Below are positions 1 to 7,616 of a stretch of 39,292 bases of DNA, one piece after another. The stretch is from Lysobacterales bacterium. Lineage in GTDB: Bacteria; Pseudomonadota; Gammaproteobacteria; Xanthomonadales; SZUA-5. The position numbers and the translations under genes are program-made. The stretch spans positions 11,865-51,156 of the forward strand of contig JALHMH010000033.1 of assembly GCA_022844165.1 (NCBI GenBank), read 5' to 3'. Below the pieces are notes generated by a model. It saw only the letters and a program-made list of their open reading frames with translations, was not told where the DNA came from and searched no databases. Each line of letters begins with the position of its first letter. The stretch's first letter is position 1.

Positions 1-264
1 CCTCGATGGCGGTGAAGACGAAATCCTCGATGGCGGTGAAGACGAAATCCTCGATGGCGGTGAAGACGAAATCCTCGATGGCGGTGAAGACGAAATCCTC
101 GATGGCGGTGAAGACGAAAGCCTCGATGGCGGTGAAGACGAAAGCCTCGATGGCGGTGAAGACGAAGGCCTCGATGGCGGTGGAGACGAAGGCCTCGATG
201 ATGGTGGAGACGAAGGCCTCGATGATGGTGGAGACGAAGACCTCGATGACGACGGCGAGGGGTA
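1..264. repeat. 24-bp tandem repeat (consensus CCTCGATGGCGGTGAAGACGAAAT), 10 copies plus a degenerate 11th; may extend left of the window
   Basis: Units start at 1, 25, 49, 73, 97, 121, 145, 169, 193, 217 and 241, head to tail with no spacers. Confidence 0.97.
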
Positions 265-265
265 A
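2..265 (+). CDS. 3' end of a gene truncated by the window edge; Asp/Glu/Gly-rich repetitive C-terminal tail
   Basis: Frame starting at nt 2 is open: (LDGGEDEI)x4 (LDGGEDES)x2 LDGGEDEG LDGGGDEG LDDGGDEG LDDGGDED LDDDGEG, then TAA at 263-265, 14 nt before a strong hairpin. Not in the ORF track because no start codon lies in the window. Confidence 0.6.
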   Translation, partial: LDGGEDEILDGGEDEILDGGEDEILDGGEDEILDGGEDESLDGGEDESLDGGEDEGLDGGGDEGLDDGGDEGLDDGGDEDLDDDGEG

Positions 266-279
266 CCGGAGTTTGTATA

Positions 280-302
280 AACCAGCGGCAGTGCCGCTGG
301 TT
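280..302. terminator. GC-rich hairpin, probable intrinsic (possibly bidirectional) terminator
   Basis: Perfect inverted repeat AACCAGCGGCA-g-TGCCGCTGGTT just downstream of the TAA at 265, between convergent genes. The U-tracts are short on both strands. Confidence 0.55.
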
Positions 303-414
303 CATGCGAGTCAGTTCTGCGGCAACGGGCAACGCTGCATCAGGGTTCGGTCTAGACGTGGTTTGATCGGATCTGGTAGATGAAAGTCTGCGAGCCCCTT
401 CAATCACAGAACAA

Positions 415-442
415 AGTGCGTGTAATGTATATTATGTAAAAT
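415..442 (+). other. dif: dif-like XerC/XerD site-specific recombination site
   Basis: AGTGCGTGTAA-TGTATA-TTATGTAAAAT versus E. coli dif GGTGCGCATAA-TGTATA-TTATGTTAAAT: 24/28 identical, correct 11-6-11 layout, intergenic and AT-rich. Confidence 0.85.
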
Positions 443-501
443 ACGGAACTACAGCGATCAACAAGCCGCCTCAATGCGCCTTGCACGGCACTGCCAACCC
501 C

Positions 502-2067
502 TTATTTGCGCAGAATCGCGCCAAGAACGCCTCGTATCAACTGCCGACCCACCTGGCTTCCCACTGTGCGCGCTACGGACTTGGCAAACGCCTCGCCAAC
601 ACCCTGACGATTGCTTGCGCGCGGCGCACGTGTCTGTGGTTGCGACCTCGGCGCAGTTGAGCTTCGTGCTGGTGCGCGTGTGCGCGGCTCAGGTACGGGC
701 GGCGGTGGCAACGAATCAGAGGTCTTGCCCCACGGCCAGTTCAAGGACCAGCCTCCTTCCTTTGCGACGGGAACCTCTTGTTCCATGGGTGCATCGGCCC
801 GCGCCATGAGTACTTCATGTGCCGACTCACGATCGATCGGCATATCGAATTTACTGCCGATTGGAGACCCGCTTCGCAGTGCCGCCCGCTCCTCAGGCGT
901 AATCGCCCCAATTCGGCAGCCAGGCGTCATGATCCAGGCGCGCTCCACCATACCCGGTCGACCACCATCTTCGAGAAACGACACCAGCGCTTCGCCCACG
1001 TTGAGTTGTGTAATCGCCTCGACAACATTCAACTGAGGATTTGCGACAAACGTCTCCGCTGCACTCTTGACAGCCTTCTGATCGCGAGGCGTGAATGCAC
1101 GCAATCCATGTTGGATACGATGTCCCAACTGCCCGAGGATCGCATTTGGAACGTCGTCTGGGTTCTGGCTGCAGAAATAGACGCCAACGCCCTTGCTGCG
1201 AATCAGCCGCACAACCTGTTCCACACGTTGCACCAGCGCTGCCGGCGCATCATCAAACAACAAATGCGCTTCATCGAAGAAGAACACCATTTTGGGTTTG
1301 TCTAAGTCGCCAACTTCCGGTAACTGTTCAAACAACTCCGACAATAACCAGAGCAAGAAACTCGAGTAGAGCTTCGGACGCAACACCAATTGTTCGGCCG
1401 CCATGAGATTGATCACGCCATGCCCTTGCGGCGAAAGTCGGAAGAACTCCTTCAACTCAAACGCAGGTTCCCCAAAAAACGCGCTCGCACCAGCGTCTTC
1501 AAGTCCAAGCACCGCACGTTGAACGGCTGCGATCGATGCCGTTGAGACCAGACCATACTGCGTGGAAATTGCCTTTGCGTTTTCAGCAACATAGGTCAGG
1601 ATTGCTCGCAAGTCATCGATATCAAGCAGTAACAAGCCTTCGTCGTCAGCCACTCGAAACGCAATGTTCAGCACACCTTGCTGAGTGTCATTCAGCTCGA
1701 GAAGCCGAGCCAGGAGGATCGGACCCATTTCGCTGATCGTGGTTCGCAATGGATGTCCCGAGTGCCCGTAGATGTCCCACAGAACCACCGGGTTGGTGTG
1801 CGCGCGCCATTGTTCGCGGATGCCCAACATATCCAACCGCTTGCCGAGCTTTTCGCTCATCTGTGCTGGCTGCGACAGGCCTGCGAGATCGCCTTTGACA
1901 TCAGCCAGAAAGACTGGAATGCCAGCCTTCGAAAATCCCTCGGCCAGTACCATCAATGAGACGCTCTTGCCCGTCCCCGTTGCGCCGGCGATCAGCCCGT
2001 GGCGATTGGCAAGTCGAAGCAGTACGGAGAGGTCGCGCGGCCCGCGCGCAGCCAGAAGCTGAGTCAT
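502..2067 (-). CDS. yjgR: DUF853/YjgR-family HerA-like P-loop ATPase
   Basis: NRHGLIAGATGTGKS Walker A, DVKGDL, FFFDEAHLLF Walker B, RLIRSKGVGVYF, and C-terminal GRQLIRGVLG. Start placed at ATG 2067 (MTQLL). Confidence 0.9.
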   Translation of the reverse strand: MTQLLAARGPRDLSVLLRLANRHGLIAGATGTGKSVSLMVLAEGFSKAGIPVFLADVKGDLAGLSQPAQMSEKLGKRLDMLGIREQWRAHTNPVVLWDIYGHSGHPLRTTISEMGPILLARLLELNDTQQGVLNIAFRVADDEGLLLLDIDDLRAILTYVAENAKAISTQYGLVSTASIAAVQRAVLGLEDAGASAFFGEPAFELKEFFRLSPQGHGVINLMAAEQLVLRPKLYSSFLLWLLSELFEQLPEVGDLDKPKMVFFFDEAHLLFDDAPAALVQRVEQVVRLIRSKGVGVYFCSQNPDDVPNAILGQLGHRIQHGLRAFTPRDQKAVKSAAETFVANPQLNVVEAITQLNVGEALVSFLEDGGRPGMVERAWIMTPGCRIGAITPEERAALRSGSPIGSKFDMPIDRESAHEVLMARADAPMEQEVPVAKEGGWSLNWPWGKTSDSLPPPPVPEPRTRAPARSSTAPRSQPQTRAPRASNRQGVGEAFAKSVARTVGSQVGRQLIRGVLGAILRK

Positions 2068-2159
2068 TGCAGAACTTCCATCGAGAAAACCGAGTTCAGG
2101 ATACCTCAGGTCTTCGACCGGTTCCGGCTGTGCCCTGCCCCGTTTGCCTGCAGCCAACA

Positions 2160-3077
2160 CTAATGCGGTAGACCGATCTCATCGCGTTGCACTTCTGGCG
2201 GAAGCCGGAACTCGCCTCGGGTCGGCCTGAGCTCGAGTATGTCGAACAGATCGAGAGGCGTGCCGCTATCGACACCAAAGCCCGTCACCTGAAATACACG
2301 CCGACTTTCGAGTTCGGTACGAAGCAAAGCGCTGCCGTAGTGCCGGGTGAATAGGCTCCAGTACTCGCCGCTCCGCAGCAGCTGGCTTAATCCGCGGGAT
2401 AGGACTTTCAGTACCGACAGTTGCGTTCGCTGTGCAACAAAATAGTCGTCCAGCGGGTAAAACATCGCAATGCGCGGCACAATACTCAGGCCATCACCCA
2501 CCAACGAACGATTGTCCATCTCGATGAACACCTCCCCAACCGATCTTGTCAGGTAATCGACTCGCCCACCCCGAAGCATGTCGAACAGACTCAGGTAACT
2601 GCCCTCGACGAGGTTAAAGCCCAAAGCGGGCAACCTGCGAGCCTCGATCCAGTCGGCGGCAACGCCCATTCGCATTTGCCGCAACTCGCGCATCGATTCA
2701 ATTCGCGCGAATCGCTCAACGTCATCGTTCCTGACCAACACCAGGCGCAGTCCAAGCAGTCCGCGTCGAATTGGAAAAGGCAGGTAAGCCAGACGACGAC
2801 GATCGAAGCCGGTCGACGGCAAAATCGAAATATCGAGATTCCCGTCGATCAACGATCGCTCAATCCGGTGCTGATTCATCCCGTAGACGGGTGTGTAGCC
2901 GATGGCGCTCGTGGCCGCGATGAGCGCACTGCGGAACAGTTCCAGGGGAAACTCGTGCCTGCGATCCCCTTGAAACTCACCTGCCGCCATCCGAATCAGC
3001 CGTTTTGGGCCTGCTCCGTGAGCCGCAACAGCAGGCAATGCAGAGGCCAATCCCAGTAGAGCTCGTCTACGTTGCAC
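2160..3077 (-). CDS. Periplasmic solute-binding protein (amino-acid SBP family 3-like) with a Tat-like signal
   Basis: FPIRRGLLGLR, LFDMLRGGRVDYLTRSVGE and MFYPLDDYF motifs. GTG start at 3077 gives VQRRRALLGLASALPAVAAHGA and overlaps the upstream stop codon. Confidence 0.75.
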   Translation of the reverse strand: MQRRRALLGLASALPAVAAHGAGPKRLIRMAAGEFQGDRRHEFPLELFRSALIAATSAIGYTPVYGMNQHRIERSLIDGNLDISILPSTGFDRRRLAYLPFPIRRGLLGLRLVLVRNDDVERFARIESMRELRQMRMGVAADWIEARRLPALGFNLVEGSYLSLFDMLRGGRVDYLTRSVGEVFIEMDNRSLVGDGLSIVPRIAMFYPLDDYFVAQRTQLSVLKVLSRGLSQLLRSGEYWSLFTRHYGSALLRTELESRRVFQVTGFGVDSGTPLDLFDILELRPTRGEFRLPPEVQRDEIGLPH

Positions 3078-5166
3078 TCGATTGGCCTCGCGAAATGGTG
3101 GGAGTCCCGGCCACCGAAAGCCACTCTTGTTCGAAGGTGCCCGGCGCAAGTGCCGCTGAGTAAAGATACCCCTGGAAAGCATCGACACCCAACAACTCCA
3201 GCATTTTTTGCTGGTCGTTTCGCTCCACGCCTTCAGCAACAATGCTGAATGAGAAATGGCGCGCAATATCGATCACAGATCGGATGACCGCTTCGCTACC
3301 CGTTCCCTCACCGAGTTCGCGCACAAAGCTCCGATCGATTTTGAGACCATTGACGGGAAGTCGACCCAGGTAGGCGAGCGATGAGTATCCGGTTCCAAAG
3401 TCGTCGATCAGGAGTCGAATTCCTGCAGCACGCAAATTCTGCATGTTGCGCTGACAAACTTCGATTTCATTGACCAATGCGCTTTCCGTAATCTCAAGAA
3501 CGATCGACTCGGCGTTGCAACGTTGCGCCCGCAGTTCCCATAACACACGGGCCGCAAACGATGGATCTACCAGTTGCGTTGCACTCACATTGACGGCGAG
3601 GTAGGCGCCATCCGGCCAATATCCAGCAGCGCGCCAACCTGCTAACCGACGCGTTGCATCGCGAAGCACCGCAAAACCCAGTTCTTGCATTTTTCCGGTG
3701 GCTTCGCAAATCGGAATGAAATCTGCTGGCGCAATCCAGCCGAGAGATTGATGCTGCCAGCGCGCGAGCGCCTCTACACCCAAGAGTTCGCCGTTTCGGT
3801 CGACGATGGCTTGAAAATGCGCAACAACCTGGTGACTGGCAAGCGCAACGCGCAACTCGGACTCAAGCAAATGCCGTCGCTCGATGCCCAGAAGCAAGGA
3901 AGGTTCGAACACCATCGAGACGCCGCGACCTTTCGACTTAGCCGCGTTAAGTGTTGTATCTGCGTTGCGCAACAAAGCAGCTGCCGTCTTTCCATGTTGC
4001 GGAAACAGGCTGATGCCAACCGAAATCGACAGTGTGATGGACTGGGACTTCACCGACATGGACGCAGAAAGTGATTCGTGAAGCCGCCTGGCCATCACCA
4101 TGCCAGCTTCCGAATCAGACGACAGCGCTGCAATAGCGAACTCGTCGCCGCCAAACCGCGCCAATGCCGCCGGCGTTGGCGCCAGCTGCCTGAGGCGCTG
4201 CGCAACAGAAACCAGGACAGCATCGCCATACTCATGGCCGAGTGCATCATTGAGCAATTTGAAGTCGCTCAAATCAAAGAGCAGGACGTACCCGCAAGCA
4301 TCCTGCTGCACCATGCTTGTCAATGCCAGATCCAGTCCGACGCGATTGGCCAGATCCGTCAGGGCGTCATGGCGGGCCGCGTATAGCGCCCGTTCTTCGG
4401 CAAGCTTGCGCGCTTCGACATCGCGCACGAGCGCCATCCGATTTGCGTCCAGTTCCGCGTAACTGGATTCCAATTTGCCGCGCATGTCTTCCAGTGCGTT
4501 GATCACCTCATCAATTTCGTCTCCGCCCTGTCGATGACTCAACGCGGCGAAACCATGGTGTCCAGTTTGCGGTTCGAACTCGCGAGCAAGAGAAGCCAGG
4601 CGGCGCAATTCGCTCGTAATCCGAACGCGGACCATAAGAACGACAAGCGCCAACAGACAGGCCATGACCACGATCTGACCGATTGCCGTCGTGAGAACCT
4701 TGTTCCAGACCTTTGCATCGAGAGCCCGCCGGCTAAATCCGATTTCGAGCGAGCCGATCGGCGACTCTATAGCCGCACTCACTTCGCCCGGGGCATACAA
4801 CTGGTGACGAAAAACCAGCTGCGAAACGGGGTCGATATCGCCGTGAACGACCCACGGCTGCGACTTGCCGCCGCGGACGTGCTCAAGAACTGCGATGCCC
4901 GCGATATCGTCTGCCTGCGCGATTCCGGTGACCTGACTCTGCGCCTGGCGACGATCAAGCGACCACAAAGCTAACGCCAGACTCGCGCTTTGCGATTCGA
5001 TGATGAGTTGCGTTCGCCCGGTGAGTGCCGCTGTTTCTGCCCGGTGAGTGAAGACCCCAATGATGACTGCCGATAGGAGTAGCACCATCAGACCCAGGAA
5101 GGTCAATTGCACGAGCAATCGCCCAGTCAGGCTTTGCGAGCGGCGCGGTGTCATCGCTATGCGCAT
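3067..5166 (-). CDS. Membrane sensor with HAMP, GGDEF and EAL domains (c-di-GMP cyclase/phosphodiesterase)
   Basis: Two TM segments flank a periplasmic region; HAMP-like DEIDEVINALEDM; HDALTDLANR, ARFGGDEF, VEALARW, EITES, DDFGTGYSSL, KIDRSF, AEGVE and QGY motifs. Alternative start at 5154. Confidence 0.93.
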   Translation of the reverse strand: MRIAMTPRRSQSLTGRLLVQLTFLGLMVLLLSAVIIGVFTHRAETAALTGRTQLIIESQSASLALALWSLDRRQAQSQVTGIAQADDIAGIAVLEHVRGGKSQPWVVHGDIDPVSQLVFRHQLYAPGEVSAAIESPIGSLEIGFSRRALDAKVWNKVLTTAIGQIVVMACLLALVVLMVRVRITSELRRLASLAREFEPQTGHHGFAALSHRQGGDEIDEVINALEDMRGKLESSYAELDANRMALVRDVEARKLAEERALYAARHDALTDLANRVGLDLALTSMVQQDACGYVLLFDLSDFKLLNDALGHEYGDAVLVSVAQRLRQLAPTPAALARFGGDEFAIAALSSDSEAGMVMARRLHESLSASMSVKSQSITLSISVGISLFPQHGKTAAALLRNADTTLNAAKSKGRGVSMVFEPSLLLGIERRHLLESELRVALASHQVVAHFQAIVDRNGELLGVEALARWQHQSLGWIAPADFIPICEATGKMQELGFAVLRDATRRLAGWRAAGYWPDGAYLAVNVSATQLVDPSFAARVLWELRAQRCNAESIVLEITESALVNEIEVCQRNMQNLRAAGIRLLIDDFGTGYSSLAYLGRLPVNGLKIDRSFVRELGEGTGSEAVIRSVIDIARHFSFSIVAEGVERNDQQKMLELLGVDAFQGYLYSAALAPGTFEQEWLSVAGTPTISRGQSSAT

Positions 5167-5286
5167 GGAACTGCCGCAACGGAGTGATCATAGGCTGTTA
5201 CGCTATCACGTCCGATGGTCACCGGTTGGTCACAGAATGTTGGCGAAGTTGTGCGACGTGGCGGCTGGGCCAAGGACGCGTTGATC

Positions 5287-7599
5287 GTGCGTTGGCTTCG
5301 AAATATTGCGGTGGTTTTGGTATCGGTTGTTCTGGCGTTGGCGCTGGCTTTCTTCGCTTTCCCGCCGCCCATCGATCGCATCGAAGCGGCGGGAAGTGTC
5401 CTGGTGACTGCGCGGGATGGCACACCGCTGCGCGCTTTTGCGGATGAGCGTGGCGTTTGGCGATTTTCTGTTCGGCTGGAAGACGTGGCGCCGGCTTATG
5501 TGGATACCTTGCTGGCGTATGAGGATCGCTGGTTCTTTCGCCATCCGGGAGTCAATCCGCTGGCCCTGCTGCGCGCTCTGTGGCAGGCCACGCTGAGTGG
5601 GGAAGTCGTCTCTGGCGGTTCGACGCTCACAATGCAGGTGTCGCGCATGCTCGAACCGATTCCCAGAACCTTGCCAGGTAAACTCAAGCAGATCTGGCGT
5701 GCGTTGCAGCTTGAGGTACGTTTCAGCAAACGCGAGTTGCTGGAGATATACGTCAATCTGGCGCCGTTTGGCGGAACCATTGAGGGCGTCCAGGCCGCCA
5801 GTTTCGCTTACCTGGGAAAGCCCGCCGCACACCTGAGTGATGCCGAGGCTGCGCTGTTGGTGGTGTTGCCACAGGCACCAAGCCGGTGGCGGCCCGATCG
5901 CCATCCTCAACGTGCGCAGAACGCGCGGAACAAGGTGATCGCGCGGATGGTGGCACTCAATCACTGGTCGTTGCAACGAGCGCAGGACGCGAAGCTGGAG
6001 ATCGTTGCTGCGCGGCGGCTGGTTCCGCCGATGTTGGCGCCCCTGCTGGCCGAACGGCTGCGAAGAAATGGCGGCGAGGTGGTTCGCAGCACGATTGATG
6101 CCAGACTGCAGACGCGCGTGGAAGATCTTGTGCGTTCCCAACTTCGGCGCCTTCCCTCGCGCAACTCGATTGCTGTGCAGGTGATCGATACGACGAACAT
6201 GGAGACACTCGTGTATGTCGGCTCAGCCGATCTCTACGATTCTGACCGCGCCGGGCACGTGGACATGGTGCGCGCCGCACGTTCGCCTGGATCGACATTG
6301 AAGCCAATGTTGTACGGCATGGCGCTGGATGCCGGTCTGATTCACTCTCAAAGTCTGCTGATCGATGCGCCGCAGTCGTTTTCCGGTTACCAGCCGAGCA
6401 ATTTCATGGAGCGCTATCAGGGCCCCGTCAGCGCCTCTCAAGCACTGCGCCTGTCGCTCAACGTGCCAGCCGTCGACTTGCTGGAGCGGGTTGGAGTTGT
6501 GCGCTTCGCCGCAGCACTCGAAAACGCTGGGTTGGAACTGCGACTTGCCGCCGATGCTGTGCCAAATCTCTCTCTGATTCTGGGTGGCGGCGCGACCTCG
6601 CTTGAGGAGCTCATCGGCGCATACGCGGCCTTTGCCCGAAGTGGATTGGCAGCAAAGCCGCGGCTGCGTCCGGGCGATCCATTGATCGAACGGTATCTGC
6701 TGAGCCCTGGGTCCGCATGGATCGTTCGGCAGATGCTCCTGCGCGACCCATCCGATCACTTCAGTGCACGCGTGTTCGATGGCGCCAGCCGCGTTGCACT
6801 GGCTTGGAAAACAGGAACATCCTATGGCTTTCGCGACAGTTGGGCCATTGCTGTTTCTCCGGAACATGTCATCGGTGTCTGGATCGGTCGTCCTGATGGT
6901 ACGCCTCAGCCTGGGCAATACGGCGCAGTCACGGCATTACCATTGCTTGCCAGTGTCGCTGACAGCTTGCCGCATCGCGTTCATCGGCCGGCGATGCCCC
7001 AGGAAGTGCGCAGCACTCGAATCTGCTGGCCGCTCGGGCACGAACAACAGCGAACAGCACCCGAGCATTGCCATCGCACGTTAGATGCCTATGCGTTGGG
7101 CGCCGTACCGAACACGTTTGCAGATCGCGATAGCGATCGTTGGCAACCGCAGAAACTGAAGATTTGGCGACACGGCCGCTATCGCCTGAATCGCAGTTGC
7201 CTGCGCCCGGATGCGGAGGTGATTGAGATCGCGCGCTGGCCAACGTTGGCTCAACCGTGGCTGTCGACGGCTCTTGGCGAACGATCCGCGTTGCCGCCGC
7301 TTCACCCATCGTGCGCCAGCGACGAGTTGAGTACTGGGATTCGCATTCACGGATTGAGCGATGGGATGCTGCTCAGGAACCCCGGCAATCGGCGAGGGCC
7401 AATCGTCTCCCAGCTGCAACTGTTGGGAAGTCGGGGAACCGTTCGTTGGCTTTCGAACGACCGCCTTGTTGGTCAAACCACGGGTATGGCTGCAATGGAG
7501 ATCCGCTTTGAAGCCGATGGCGACTATCGGCTGGTTGCCATCGACGAAAGCGGCGCATGGTCGGCAATCGGCGTTCGCGTCGTGGGCGTTGACGATTGA
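5287..7599 (+). CDS. pbpC: Penicillin-binding protein 1C
   Basis: Transglycosylase motifs EDRWF and SGGSTLTMQ; transpeptidase SPGSTLKP, SLN and KTGTS; PBP1C-type C-terminal domain. Start uncertain (GTG 5287 or TTG 5281 after AAGGA). Confidence 0.93.
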   Translation: MRWLRNIAVVLVSVVLALALAFFAFPPPIDRIEAAGSVLVTARDGTPLRAFADERGVWRFSVRLEDVAPAYVDTLLAYEDRWFFRHPGVNPLALLRALWQATLSGEVVSGGSTLTMQVSRMLEPIPRTLPGKLKQIWRALQLEVRFSKRELLEIYVNLAPFGGTIEGVQAASFAYLGKPAAHLSDAEAALLVVLPQAPSRWRPDRHPQRAQNARNKVIARMVALNHWSLQRAQDAKLEIVAARRLVPPMLAPLLAERLRRNGGEVVRSTIDARLQTRVEDLVRSQLRRLPSRNSIAVQVIDTTNMETLVYVGSADLYDSDRAGHVDMVRAARSPGSTLKPMLYGMALDAGLIHSQSLLIDAPQSFSGYQPSNFMERYQGPVSASQALRLSLNVPAVDLLERVGVVRFAAALENAGLELRLAADAVPNLSLILGGGATSLEELIGAYAAFARSGLAAKPRLRPGDPLIERYLLSPGSAWIVRQMLLRDPSDHFSARVFDGASRVALAWKTGTSYGFRDSWAIAVSPEHVIGVWIGRPDGTPQPGQYGAVTALPLLASVADSLPHRVHRPAMPQEVRSTRICWPLGHEQQRTAPEHCHRTLDAYALGAVPNTFADRDSDRWQPQKLKIWRHGRYRLNRSCLRPDAEVIEIARWPTLAQPWLSTALGERSALPPLHPSCASDELSTGIRIHGLSDGMLLRNPGNRRGPIVSQLQLLGSRGTVRWLSNDRLVGQTTGMAAMEIRFEADGDYRLVAIDESGAWSAIGVRVVGVDD

Positions 7600-7616
7600 C
7601 GGGCTTTGCCCAGCCG

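Noticed and set aside
1-264. CRISPR array
   Set aside because: The repeats are contiguous with no unique spacers, the unit length is a multiple of 3, and there are no cas genes in the window.
6-383. ORF-track protein (MAVKTKSS)n and the minus-strand His/Arg-rich frame from ATG 305
   Set aside because: These are alternative frames of the same repeat, and both run through the terminator-like hairpin. The +2 acidic frame, which stops just before the hairpin, is more plausible, although the others are not formally excluded.
481-497. Sigma54-like motif on the minus strand (TTGGCAGTGCCGTGCAA)
   Set aside because: GG-to-GC spacing is 9 rather than the required 10.
502-2067. HerA-type anti-phage defence system
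   Set aside because: The protein is the widespread DUF853/YjgR type, with no adjacent nuclease or SIR2 partner.
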